DNA of 64,000 nucleotides from Nitrosopumilus sp. Its GTDB lineage: Archaea > Thermoproteota > Nitrososphaeria > Nitrososphaerales > Nitrosopumilaceae. Positions 1 through 9,659 of the stretch are shown piece after piece. A model generated the notes under the pieces. It worked only from the letters and a program-made list of their open reading frames with translations. It was not told the DNA's origin and ran no database searches. The DNA lies in contig OY759726.1 in NCBI GenBank assembly GCA_963662625.1, positions 32,001 to 96,000 of the forward strand, in the 5' to 3' direction. Position 1 is the first letter of the stretch. Each line of letters opens with the position of its first letter. Both the position numbers and the translations under genes were made by a program.

Positions 1-435
1 CAGGCCACGTCGGAGAACGCCGTGCTGGCGCTCAGGGACGCGATCGGGCGGTTCGGCACGCCGGCCACCGTGCTCTCCGACAACGGCCCGTGCTTCGTGG
101 GCCGGAACGGCCGCAGGAAGGCCCCTCCCCGGCCGTGGAAGCCCACCGCGTCCGGGGCGGAGCTGCTGGGCCTCGGGATCGAGCTCATAAACTCCAGGCC
201 GCACCACCCCCAGACCAACGGGAAGGCCGGGAGGTTCTTCCGGAGCGCGGGGGACGGGACATGGCACTACGAGAGCATGTCCGAGTACATGGCGTACTAC
301 AACGAGGACAGGCCGCGCTTCTCCCTGGACATCGACAACTACCAGACCCCGCTGAAGGCCTTCCATGACAAGGAGGCCGTGGCAGCGATCAGGGAGAGCA
401 ACCCGGGATGGATGGAGGCGGAGGCGGATGACTAG
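1..435 (+). mobile_element. IS481/IS3-superfamily integrase-core (rve) transposase, 3' part; reading frame is open from the window start
   Basis: Motifs 'VLSDNGPCF', 'SRPHHPQTNGK.GRF' and 'YYNEDRP' are typical of rve DDE cores; the usual catalytic Glu position (NGKxER) reads GKAGR, so it may be inactive. Confidence 0.85.
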
Positions 436-459
436 CGGACCGACTTTTCATATACTACA
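436..459. mobile_element. Putative right terminal inverted repeat of the IS481-like element
   Basis: CGGACCGACTTTTCATATACTACA follows the transposase stop, ends in ACA, and coincides with the GC drop; its reverse complement matches 30323-30341 at 16/19. Confidence 0.55.
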
Positions 460-482
460 ACAAGTTACCCATACAGCAAGTC

Positions 483-489
483 TTTTATT
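483..489 (+). promoter_or_regulatory. Candidate TATA box of the ParB operon
   Basis: TTTTATT 22-28 nt upstream of ATG 511, the usual spacing for archaeal leaderless transcripts. Confidence 0.45.
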
Positions 490-510
490 TCACTGCCCAT
501 TTTTTCCATT

Positions 511-1332
511 ATGGATTTATTGCCAGATCATACTACCCACATCCCGTTATCAGAAATAACCATGGGAAAGAGCCAGGCTCGGCAAAGGAATACCAAGGTG
601 GATGAAGATGACGACTTGGTTCATAGCATACGTAAGGATGGCCTACACAACCCAATCGTTGTAAAAAAAACTGACGAACACCAATTTGAATTGCTGAGCG
701 GCCAACGAAGGTTTAGAGTGCATGAAATGCTTCAGAAGCCCACAATCAAGGCATATGTGGTGGAAAAGGATATTGACGAATTTGAGGCAAAAAAAATCTC
801 GTTTGTGGAAAATGCCGCACGCAGGGATATGAAACATGCAGACTATGTTGACACCATACAGATTTTCATGAACAAGTATAACAACACCAGGACTGTTGCA
901 GAAGAGCTCGGCATGAGCGTCAACACTGTGAGAAAATACCTGACCATCGGGAGGCTGCCAGAGGCAGTTCAGGCTCAAGTCCAAAATAAAAAAATCACCG
1001 CGGACAACGCGATTAAAGCGCTGGACGCTCTTGGCGGTGACGAAACCAATGTAGATGAAGCGGTCTTACTTGAGACTGCGCAAGAGATGCAAAAACTTGC
1101 ACCGCAATCGAGGAAGAAGATGATCAAGATAAAACAAAATGAACCAAACTTAAGTGCGGCCGATGCTGCCAACAAAGCAAAGAAAAGCACCCAACTTAAC
1201 AGGTTTACTATTGAAGTCCCCTATGAGCAATTGACACGAATAGACAGATTCAAACAAATAAAGGAAATTAGCAAAACCGAAGAGGCAGCAATTGAGCTGA
1301 TTGATCGGGGTCTTGATTCTGCAGAAGCATAA
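511..1332 (+). CDS. ParB/Spo0J-family protein (ParB/Srx N-domain, HTH, C-terminal RHH-like region)
   Basis: 'LVHSIRKDGLHNPIVV', 'LLSGQRRF' (GxRR box), 'ENAARRDM', HTH 'TRTVAEELGMSVNTVRKYL'. Confidence 0.9.
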   Translation: MDLLPDHTTHIPLSEITMGKSQARQRNTKVDEDDDLVHSIRKDGLHNPIVVKKTDEHQFELLSGQRRFRVHEMLQKPTIKAYVVEKDIDEFEAKKISFVENAARRDMKHADYVDTIQIFMNKYNNTRTVAEELGMSVNTVRKYLTIGRLPEAVQAQVQNKKITADNAIKALDALGGDETNVDEAVLLETAQEMQKLAPQSRKKMIKIKQNEPNLSAADAANKAKKSTQLNRFTIEVPYEQLTRIDRFKQIKEISKTEEAAIELIDRGLDSAEA

Positions 1333-2090
1333 TGTCCATTCTACAAAGCCCGAAGCGCTTAGCTAAACTACTTGCCAGTATCAACGTATCATATTCTGAA
1401 AGACCAATATCTCCTATACAGGTTGCAGAAGAAATTGGCGAGCTATTAAAAGAGTTAAACGGTGACAAAAACGAACTCAAAAAACGGCTACCGCTATCTC
1501 AGGGCATCATTGATGGGTTTCTGCGTTTGTTAAACCTGCCGGGGAAAATCCAGGACATTATAGTGTGGGGGGAATCCAATAAGAATACGGGCGAGATTTC
1601 TTTTAGTGCCGCAAGCTATATTTGCAAATTAGAAAACAGCGAGGATGTCTTGAAGCTTGTGGGGGCAATGCATGATCTTGACAGGCCCATCACAAAAGAA
1701 GAGATCAAGGACATAATCAGCCTTAAAAAACACAATTCAGGAAAGCCAATCGAAAACTGCATCAATGAAGTGCTTGGCGTGACGAGGCCCACAGTGATCC
1801 AGCATTTTCTTTTTATCAGCGGCATCGACCCTTCAATTGTGAATGAACTAAAGGCAGAATCGCAAAAAAATAACATGAAATTGGATGATTGTGGAATTAA
1901 TGTTCTTTCCAAACTATTTCCCTCGGGTTCATTAAAAGGGGTCAAAATACACGATGACTATTTACAGCTGCATCTGTCCGAAGACGGAAGAAATTTCATG
2001 CGAAGGTATGGCGATTCCAACAACATATCTCGCAAGGATATAATCAACCACATGTTTGAGAAGGGAGCCACTGGAAATGAACAACAATGA
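1332..2090 (+). CDS. ParB-like HTH/KorB-type DNA-binding protein lacking the N-terminal nucleotide-binding domain
   Basis: 'ISPIQVAEEI...ELKKRLPLSQGIIDGFLRLLNLPGKIQDII.WG...EISFSAA' follows the ParB central-domain pattern; TAATG stop/start overlap with the upstream gene. Confidence 0.65.
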   Translation: MSILQSPKRLAKLLASINVSYSERPISPIQVAEEIGELLKELNGDKNELKKRLPLSQGIIDGFLRLLNLPGKIQDIIVWGESNKNTGEISFSAASYICKLENSEDVLKLVGAMHDLDRPITKEEIKDIISLKKHNSGKPIENCINEVLGVTRPTVIQHFLFISGIDPSIVNELKAESQKNNMKLDDCGINVLSKLFPSGSLKGVKIHDDYLQLHLSEDGRNFMRRYGDSNNISRKDIINHMFEKGATGNEQQ

Positions 2091-3126
2091 ACTTTTTTCT
2101 AAAGTCAAAATTACGGAACGCGGTGCAGTTTGTTTAGGAAAATCCCTTGTATGTGACGGGTTTGAACCCGACTACCATGCTGCGGCGTTTACTCATATCC
2201 ACTCTGATCATGTTTCTGACAGTTTCGAAACATGTATGCACCAATACAATGTATACGCCTCAAAAATCACCGGAGACCTGCTGGAGGCCATCACTGAGGA
2301 TACCTATTCTGGAAGAACCCAGTTTAAGCGAATCGATTATGGCGCCCCACAATTGATAAAATTTAATGATCATGGAGATTACTTGGAGCTTTTGGAATCC
2401 AAGCACATGCTGGGCTCAAGCCAGGTATTGCTGCATACCCATGATCAGCTGAAATTGCTTTATTCAGGTGATATCTCTCCAGATGATCATCCTCCCAAAT
2501 GCGATGTCTTAGTTATTGATTCTACTCACGGAGATCCCAGATTTGACAAAATCATCGATAGCGATAGCCTTGAGAGGCGGTTGTTGGACATAGTAGTAGA
2601 ATCAATCGATACCAAAAAACCTGTCTGCATACATGCTCACAGGGGGCAGTTACAAGACATAATGCATATTCTGTCTAACGATTCAAGGATTCTGCCGGAA
2701 GTTAAATTTCTAACCTCAAGCACCGATTTACAGATTGCCGAGGTTTATTGCCGTAACGGCGTTGAAATCAAGAGTTTGATAGATTTGCAATCTTATGAGG
2801 GGGAAACCATAACCAGCAACGGCTACCCATGGGTCGAATTTAGGCCAACTCTTCAGTTTACAAGACCAGAAGATCGAGGCCAAATGACTGGCATTCATGT
2901 ATGCGGTGGTTTTGGCAATGCTACCATAAGGGCCGATGGCAACAAGCACTGGATTGCCAGTGATAGCCACGCGGAGTTTTCTGATTTGTTGCGCTACGTC
3001 AGAGAGGCGGATCCCCAGGTAGTAGTCGTAGACAACCGCAGATCATCTTTAGGAAAAACGCTTGCCGAAAAAATCAACGAGATCGGCTACGAATCTAAGG
3101 CCATGCCCGTATTAGAAAATGACTAA
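2077..3126 (+). CDS. Metallo-beta-lactamase/beta-CASP family nuclease
   Basis: HxHxDH 'THIHSDH', 'KHMLGS', 'YSGDI', 'VIDSTHG', 'SDSHAEF'; ATG 2077 overlaps the upstream gene. Confidence 0.85.
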   Translation: MNNNELFSKVKITERGAVCLGKSLVCDGFEPDYHAAAFTHIHSDHVSDSFETCMHQYNVYASKITGDLLEAITEDTYSGRTQFKRIDYGAPQLIKFNDHGDYLELLESKHMLGSSQVLLHTHDQLKLLYSGDISPDDHPPKCDVLVIDSTHGDPRFDKIIDSDSLERRLLDIVVESIDTKKPVCIHAHRGQLQDIMHILSNDSRILPEVKFLTSSTDLQIAEVYCRNGVEIKSLIDLQSYEGETITSNGYPWVEFRPTLQFTRPEDRGQMTGIHVCGGFGNATIRADGNKHWIASDSHAEFSDLLRYVREADPQVVVVDNRRSSLGKTLAEKINEIGYESKAMPVLEND

Positions 3127-4480
3127 ATCAAGACAGCATTTTAAACAGTATTTGAAGGCGTTTATCCAACGGGCCCTGTCTGCATGCAAGGAGGAATACC
3201 TGAAAAATAAGCAGAAATATGAGGGCAGAGTCCCCATGGCAGATTTTTCGGGCCGAACACTGTCAATAACGCACAGGGATACGATAGATTACAAAAAACT
3301 GAGTCTCGCGTTAAAGACCTCTATTAAAAAATACCCGGAAGCCAATTCGCTTTTTAAGATCATAAGAAATATCCTAAAGTCCAAGATCAATCAAACCGAA
3401 TCAAAAAACACCAATAAGACGGATGTCGATTACAATGGATTGGATTCCCAGTTATTTTATTGCATATTCCATTATTTAAAAAATTACGGGTTTGAATTCG
3501 ATGAGTCCAACTTTAATGAAACCTTTTCAGCTTTTGATCAATATCTGCACCTGGGTTTTGACAATTACTGCTATCTTACTCCCTTGTATAATTTTGATGG
3601 TGATTTTGAGCACTGCCAGATATCATCCTGCTTGTGGATACAAAAAATCCCAATTAGTTTTTACAGTAAAATCATAAACTTGAATCTGGGCATCCGTGAG
3701 ATTCCGTCTTATCAAAGACAGCTCAAATACGCACTATTTTGTAGTGTTGGGACTAAGACTTCCCCCAGTCCCCCATCTACCGCCCTTAAAAATTTTGAAA
3801 ATACTCTCAATGCACTGAAACTATTTGAACGGGGAGATCCGAGCTTCGGAGATGTGTTTGGAATTCTCTCCAAAGATTGGCCTGGTTACAGTTTGAGCAT
3901 TATAGAGCGCGGTCACGAAAGATCACCTTACTCCTCCAGAAAATACCGCCTAGACGAGAAAAAAGCAAAAGATTTTGCGCATTTTCACGAGAAGTTATTC
4001 GGCAAAATATCCAAGCTAGACAGGAAATCTGGCTTCTTAGAATCTTCAATTCGTCGTTTTGGAATGGCATTTCATCATAGGGAGCCGGTAGATAAGATCG
4101 TGGACCATGTTATCTGCTTGGAGTCTTTGCTGGTTCCAAACGTGGGGGATGCCACCCTCAAACTATCCCATAGAATGTCTTCCCTGTTAGGTGACAACGA
4201 CGCCGAACGTGTATGGATATGGAAGTTTGCAAAGGAGGCCTATAAATTCAGAAGTGGGTACCTACACAAGTCCAAAGAGCGGCCAATTAAAATCGACTCT
4301 CATAATTTAGAATTAGACGAGGTATCTGCTAAATTGGAATGTCTTTCTCAGCTTGCCATCATGCGAGTAATCCAACTATTGCACAAATATGATTCCCAAG
4401 ATCAAATTGTTGATGAACTTGATCAATCGATGTATGACCGCGGTAAATTGAAAAAACTTCAAAGGGTTTGGAAACACTAA
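3119..4480 (+). CDS. ApeA-like HEPN domain protein (putative RNase)
   Basis: C-terminal 'ICLESLL...LKLSHRMSSLLG...AYKFRSGYLH' with an intact R-x4-H HEPN motif. Confidence 0.8.
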   Translation: MTKSRQHFKQYLKAFIQRALSACKEEYLKNKQKYEGRVPMADFSGRTLSITHRDTIDYKKLSLALKTSIKKYPEANSLFKIIRNILKSKINQTESKNTNKTDVDYNGLDSQLFYCIFHYLKNYGFEFDESNFNETFSAFDQYLHLGFDNYCYLTPLYNFDGDFEHCQISSCLWIQKIPISFYSKIINLNLGIREIPSYQRQLKYALFCSVGTKTSPSPPSTALKNFENTLNALKLFERGDPSFGDVFGILSKDWPGYSLSIIERGHERSPYSSRKYRLDEKKAKDFAHFHEKLFGKISKLDRKSGFLESSIRRFGMAFHHREPVDKIVDHVICLESLLVPNVGDATLKLSHRMSSLLGDNDAERVWIWKFAKEAYKFRSGYLHKSKERPIKIDSHNLELDEVSAKLECLSQLAIMRVIQLLHKYDSQDQIVDELDQSMYDRGKLKKLQRVWKH

Positions 4481-4578
4481 AGTGGCGATGATTGTGAATT
4501 TCACCGTAGATGCGGCGATGCAGAAACCTGCAGGTGCCCAGCTGATCGTGTACGCCCCGAGTTACTCTGAGACACACT

Positions 4579-5754
4579 TCAGGAGCCGTTAATTTTTGAG
4601 ATCTGTTTTACGGCTTCCGCTATCTTCCGGGCTGAAAACTCCACCCCGTGATCCGGCTGGTCGCTAAAGCGCCCTATCCCAACACGGATTGACGAGAAAG
4701 CCCGGTCCTCGCCGAACCCCAATGCCATGATCACGTGTGATGGCTCCACGCTTTGGGTGGTGCACGCTGATCCTGTAGATATCGCAACGTGGTCCGAGAC
4801 CGAGTTGATTATGGCCTTGCCTTCCACGCCTGGAAAGTAGAGGTTGAGGTTGCCTGGCAGCCGATCGTCCTTGGGGCCATTGAGTGCCACATCCGCCTGT
4901 CCACGTATGAGATCAAACATCGTGGAAGACAGGCTCCTGAGTATCGTGGCCTCCGAGTGCATCTCCTTGTGTGCGATTTCTGCCGCTTTGCCAAACCCGA
5001 CTATCGCCGGCACGTTTAGGGTTCCAGAGCGCATTCCGTGCTCCTGTCCGCCCCCGTAGACCAGGGGCGATACCCGGACTCGTGGGTGCATGCCCCGAAC
5101 ATATAGCGCGCCTATTCCCTTGGGACCGTACATCTTGTGCGCCGAAAACGACATCAGGTCGATGTTCATGTCTTCGGTGCTGACCGGTATGTGGCCTACT
5201 GCCTGCGCCGCGTCGGTGTGGAACAGTACCCCCTTCTCGTGGGCCATCTTTCCTATGCTTGCGACGTCCTGTATCGTGCCGATCTCGTTGTTTGCGGCCA
5301 TTATGGATATCAGAACCGTCCTGTCCGTTACGGCATCCTCGAGTTCGCCCATGTCGACGAAGCCATGCTCGTCTACCGGCACGTACGTCACTTTTTTCCC
5401 CATGGCCTCCATATGCCTTGCCACGCTTAGCACGGATTCGTGCTCGGTAACGCATGTGATCATGTGATCGCCGGCATCCTCGTACGCATTCATGACGCCG
5501 GATATTGCGAGGTTGTTCGACTCTGTGGCCCCGCTTGTAAAGACAATCTCGTTTTCTTTTGCGCCGATTGTGGCTGCAATGTCTTTTCTTGAAGACGAGA
5601 CTGCCTCGGCGGCCTTGCTGCCGTACACATGATCCGTGCTTGATGCGTTTCCAAAGGAATCCGCAAAGTAGGGCATCATGGCATCAAGCACTCTGGCATC
5701 GAGCGGCGTCGTGGCGTTGTTGTCAAGGTACACGATGTCTTCTAGTTGAGGCAA
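4579..5754 (-). CDS. dndA: Cysteine desulfurase DndA (IscS-like)
   Basis: 'YLDNNATTP', 'TSGATE', PLP Lys 'SAHKMYGPKG', catalytic 'STGSACT'; last gene of the dnd operon. Confidence 0.9.
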   Translation of the reverse strand: MPQLEDIVYLDNNATTPLDARVLDAMMPYFADSFGNASSTDHVYGSKAAEAVSSSRKDIAATIGAKENEIVFTSGATESNNLAISGVMNAYEDAGDHMITCVTEHESVLSVARHMEAMGKKVTYVPVDEHGFVDMGELEDAVTDRTVLISIMAANNEIGTIQDVASIGKMAHEKGVLFHTDAAQAVGHIPVSTEDMNIDLMSFSAHKMYGPKGIGALYVRGMHPRVRVSPLVYGGGQEHGMRSGTLNVPAIVGFGKAAEIAHKEMHSEATILRSLSSTMFDLIRGQADVALNGPKDDRLPGNLNLYFPGVEGKAIINSVSDHVAISTGSACTTQSVEPSHVIMALGFGEDRAFSSIRVGIGRFSDQPDHGVEFSARKIAEAVKQISKINGS

Positions 5755-6125
5755 TTCTCCCGCTCCTGTAGTATGACGCGCTCAAAGTCGGACATGTCGT
5801 GTATGCGGGCAAACAGCGCTATGGTTCCGCGGTTAAAATGCGCACGCACCATCCTGTTCATCCACATGTTGGGGTTGAACCCGTCCCTCCTCAGTCGCTG
5901 GATCATCAGCGCCATGAACATGTCCTCGTAGTCTCCGAACAGCACGGATGGGTGTATCTCCGATCCCTTCTCGTCGAACTCGTCCGGGTTTGGGGGGGAG
6001 GGGTCGTTTAGCGACATGCATATTGCGAACCTCCCCATTATGTTGGGGGCCAGGCCTGTCCTCGACTTTAGCTGCGCAAGCAGGTTCTGCGAGCGCGAAC
6101 TCATCCTAAGCCTAGCGAACCGCAA
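5742..6125 (-). CDS. dndE: DNA sulfur modification protein DndE
   Basis: 'RLRMSSRSQNLLAQLKSRTGLAPNIMGRFAICMSL' and 'RAHFNRG'; likely TTG start at 6125 overlapping the dndD stop. Confidence 0.88.
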   Translation of the reverse strand: MRFARLRMSSRSQNLLAQLKSRTGLAPNIMGRFAICMSLNDPSPPNPDEFDEKGSEIHPSVLFGDYEDMFMALMIQRLRRDGFNPNMWMNRMVRAHFNRGTIALFARIHDMSDFERVILQERENCLN

Positions 6126-8157
6126 CAACCCGGCGTCCCCCCTCGTTCCAGAAGTAGCTATCGTGCTTCTTCGTAGATCCCTTGCTATCAACATATTCCA
6201 AGGCATATGACCGCATCAGGTGGGGCTTCAGTTTTTTGTAGTCCCGGTATTCAATCTCCTTGTCGGTGGAGAAGATTAAGATCTGGTGCGATGCTTTGGG
6301 AAGGAACTTGGCCATGATGTTTGTTCTGTGCTTCCCGTCAAGCCGTGCCAGCGGGGTATCTATGACAAACGGCAGTGGCCTGCCGGAGGTCTTTGCCAGT
6401 GACCACAGGACAGACATTGCAAACATCTGCTTCTCGCCCTCGGACAGGATATCTTTTTGTAGCGTGGAGCCGTTTTCCCTAAACAAAGTTATCTCAAACG
6501 TGTCAGGGTTGACCACGACCTTCTCGACCAGGTTTTTCTTATGCATGAGCAGTTTGAGATAGCCCAGCACATAGCCCTCCAAGAGCCGAATTTTTTTGTG
6601 TTTTAGTTTCTCGGCAAACTCCTCCAAGGCGCTCTGGACCTTCTGGGTTAGTTCTACACGGATTTCAGCCTTTTCGTTATCGTATATCTCAGATGTCAGG
6701 GCTTGTATCTTGTTGTCAAGATGCCGCTTCAGGGACGTCTCGCTCGCTATTTTTTCCTTCATGTGTGAGAACCGTACTGACAGTTCGCCCTTTTGCGACT
6801 GGGCATTTCCAATATCTGAAACCAGCGAGCTGATCTCGTCATCACGGGGGGCGCTTTCGATGGACACCTCCAGCCTGTTCATCTCCTCTGCCACCTTGAC
6901 GAGGGTTTTCGTGTGTTTTCTGAGTGCCGAGATGGCATCGGTGTTGGCTTCGTCAATTATGGACATCATCCTGGATGCCTGGGAGGCCGAAAAATCAAAC
7001 ACGGGCTTGGGGACCGCTTTGGCGCGGGTCTTTTCCTTCCGGAGCATGGAGGACATGGCGGATACGGCCGCATCAATGTGACGCCTCTCGAGCCCGGACT
7101 CTTTCCAGAATTGCGCGGTCTTGATCTTGGAAGCGATATGGCTTAGCTTGGAGTCTACCAGATTGTCGCCGGCCAGTTGCTGCTGTATTGATTCATCCTC
7201 CTTGATCTGTTCAGATAACCTCACGAGGTCGTCTGGGATCATTGCAAAGGGCAGGGTTCCAGAGCAGAGCTCTGCCACGTCTTGTCGGACATGCTCATAC
7301 ACTGCCTTTTTTGCCGCAAGCTTCCCCCTGGCAGCATCACGTCCACTGGCAAACGTGCCCCCGATGCCAGAAATCTTGCCTTCCAGGACCTCGATCTCCT
7401 GATCTAGCCGATCCATGTCGTTTTGCAGGGCGGCGGACTTTTCTTCCAGGTTGGCAATCGTGCGCATTGCATCGGCTTTCTCCTTTTCGTATCTGTCGCA
7501 GTCCTGCCTCAGGTGGTCGCTTTTCTTGGTGAGGTTCCTCGCAAGGTTGATCCTCAGGTCGGTGCGGAGCTGCTCTACAAGATCTATGCCCAGAAGGGAT
7601 TTGAAGGATTCCTTGATCGCTATGTCCTCGGTTCCTTCCTTGGCAATCTCCACTATCTTTTCGCCGTCGAAAAAGAACAGGTTTGCTATCCCCTTTGGAA
7701 TCAAGCCCTCTACGAACGACTGCCAGTGGGACTTTTCTATGTCTTCCAATGGGGCGAACTCGGCATCATCCGACGTGCGTTTTTTGACGTCAAGCGTCTC
7801 CTCTATGGAGCCCTCTTCTTTTTTCCAGAAGCGCTCCACCCGGTATTCGGCGACCTTACCGTCGTGAAAGAACTTGAATTGCACGGTGATCGACGCGTGG
7901 TCGGCAGGGGTTAGGCTCTTGGCGTACCGGTGAATCTTGCGTGCGAGGAACTTTCTGTATTCTTTTTTGGACACCCGTCTGCCCAGGGCAGATATGCCGT
8001 AAAGGCATATGGTCATGGATTCAAAGAGGGTGGTCTTCCCGGCCCCGTTTGTTCCGCCAATCAGTATAATGGGCTTTTGGGCGGTACATGTAAAGTCAAA
8101 CTCGTTTTTCCCCCTATATACGCCGTAATCCTGCAACACGATGCGCGTGACTATCAA
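6112..8157 (-). CDS. dndD: DNA sulfur modification protein DndD (SMC-like ATPase)
   Basis: Walker A 'GTNGAGKTT', 'FFFDGEKI', long coiled coil, 'LSEGEKQ', 'IDTPLARLD', 'FSTDKEI'. Confidence 0.93.
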   Translation of the reverse strand: MIVTRIVLQDYGVYRGKNEFDFTCTAQKPIILIGGTNGAGKTTLFESMTICLYGISALGRRVSKKEYRKFLARKIHRYAKSLTPADHASITVQFKFFHDGKVAEYRVERFWKKEEGSIEETLDVKKRTSDDAEFAPLEDIEKSHWQSFVEGLIPKGIANLFFFDGEKIVEIAKEGTEDIAIKESFKSLLGIDLVEQLRTDLRINLARNLTKKSDHLRQDCDRYEKEKADAMRTIANLEEKSAALQNDMDRLDQEIEVLEGKISGIGGTFASGRDAARGKLAAKKAVYEHVRQDVAELCSGTLPFAMIPDDLVRLSEQIKEDESIQQQLAGDNLVDSKLSHIASKIKTAQFWKESGLERRHIDAAVSAMSSMLRKEKTRAKAVPKPVFDFSASQASRMMSIIDEANTDAISALRKHTKTLVKVAEEMNRLEVSIESAPRDDEISSLVSDIGNAQSQKGELSVRFSHMKEKIASETSLKRHLDNKIQALTSEIYDNEKAEIRVELTQKVQSALEEFAEKLKHKKIRLLEGYVLGYLKLLMHKKNLVEKVVVNPDTFEITLFRENGSTLQKDILSEGEKQMFAMSVLWSLAKTSGRPLPFVIDTPLARLDGKHRTNIMAKFLPKASHQILIFSTDKEIEYRDYKKLKPHLMRSYALEYVDSKGSTKKHDSYFWNEGGRRVVAVR

Positions 8158-9659
8158 CGGTTGTTCACCAGGCTGCGTTTTGAGTGATTTCGTGATTCCA
8201 AATCACGGATGATCTCTGGCATGTCATCCCTCCATTCCTCTGCGAGTATCTTGTTGATCTTGGGGTATATCTTGGAATGCTGCACCATGCCTTGTGATTC
8301 GTGTTCTGCATTGAGCAGTTTAGACACCAAAAGGGCAGGAACGTCGTTTTGTTGGCAAATTTCCTCCAGCAGGTCCTGCTCCACCACGCCGAATACTCCA
8401 AGATCCTCCTGGGGCGGGACGAGTTTTTCGCCCATGATCTTTTCGTAGATCTGGTATGCCGTATTCTTCCAGTCGCCCCTCTCCATCCTCCATATCCTTT
8501 GGATCTCATGGATCTCATCCTCCAAGATTAGCATCATGTACGGGTCTGGCCCGTCCTGCCTGATTTTTTTCTGGGCTTTTAGTAGTTTCTTTAGAAATTC
8601 CTTGCAAAAGTCCATCGTGTATGGGCCAGGAACCAGTCTGTTGTGCGGATCGTCGTAGTCAATGCCCTCTGGCTCTTTTACGGATTCGAGCATCTTCTTG
8701 TCAAACCCCTTCCTGCGTCCGTCGTCGATGAGCTTCATCTGCCCGGTCCTGCGCTTGAACGAGCGCACCTCCTTCCTCTTGGCAGGCTCTTGCGTGGCCT
8801 TGAGATCCTCGCGCAGTTCAAGCAGGGGCTCCATCCAGCCCTCACCGTTTTCGATCGTGTTGCGCAGGGACGAGTCATCGTTGACCACGGTGCACGTCCA
8901 GCATCCGAACCTGCTGTTTCCACAGGACGGAGTGCTGGCATCCACCACCAGTGGGCATTCCGAGGCGTTTGCGTTCTGGTACATTGCCAGCAGATCCCTG
9001 TTGTTGGAGCCCCACGGGTTTTTTTTCTGCAGCAGGTAATTCCACACATCCTTGGACGTGAAATCACGCAGGGGCGTATACACATAGGTCTGGGCAAACT
9101 TCGAGTGCCGCGAGAGCAGGCTTCCCTCAATCTCATAGAGGTTCATTAGCTGTTGTCGGGAACCGCTCTCGTCCTTCCTGGTTCCCAGAACCACAATTGC
9201 CTCGCCATATTCCGATACCCTGTCCTGTATGAACCTGTCCGCATTACGTATCTTGAGCCTCTCCGTGCACCACCTGAACAGGTTGCTTGGGGCCGGGAAT
9301 CCCTTTCCAAGGAGGCACACCCAGAAAGTATCCTCCATTAGAGGACGGACCAGGTTTGTTGATATCGGAAGGCGTGATTTTTTGGATGCTTTTTCCATCA
9401 TGTCGAGTGTGCTGGTGATTTGCTCCACAACCTTGGGAGACTCTACCAGCGTGTCAGACGATATTATGAAGATCCGCTTGTGTAGTTTTTTTGCGGGTAG
9501 TTCGGACAACGCCTCCCAGATAAGCTGGACCATGCATGTGGAGTCCTTGCCTCCGCTGAATCCGAGAATCCACGGTCTGTTGTCTGAAAGATATACCTGC
9601 CGGATCTCCTCATAGATGTCCCTCACCTTGCGGGTTTTAAATATAGATTCTGTGGGCAT
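8154..9659 (-). CDS. dndC: DNA phosphorothioation sulfurtransferase DndC (PAPS-reductase family)
   Basis: PP-loop 'GFSGGKDS', 'RWCTERLKI', Fe-S cysteines 'ECPLV...SCGNSRFGCWTCTVV'. Confidence 0.95.
   Translation of the reverse strand: MPTESIFKTRKVRDIYEEIRQVYLSDNRPWILGFSGGKDSTCMVQLIWEALSELPAKKLHKRIFIISSDTLVESPKVVEQITSTLDMMEKASKKSRLPISTNLVRPLMEDTFWVCLLGKGFPAPSNLFRWCTERLKIRNADRFIQDRVSEYGEAIVVLGTRKDESGSRQQLMNLYEIEGSLLSRHSKFAQTYVYTPLRDFTSKDVWNYLLQKKNPWGSNNRDLLAMYQNANASECPLVVDASTPSCGNSRFGCWTCTVVNDDSSLRNTIENGEGWMEPLLELREDLKATQEPAKRKEVRSFKRRTGQMKLIDDGRRKGFDKKMLESVKEPEGIDYDDPHNRLVPGPYTMDFCKEFLKKLLKAQKKIRQDGPDPYMMLILEDEIHEIQRIWRMERGDWKNTAYQIYEKIMGEKLVPPQEDLGVFGVVEQDLLEEICQQNDVPALLVSKLLNAEHESQGMVQHSKIYPKINKILAEEWRDDMPEIIRDLESRNHSKRSLVNNR

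Noticed and set aside
511-2090. Plasmid or chromosome partitioning (ParABS) locus
   Set aside because: No ParA, replication initiator or parS array is visible, and the genes are coupled to two nucleases
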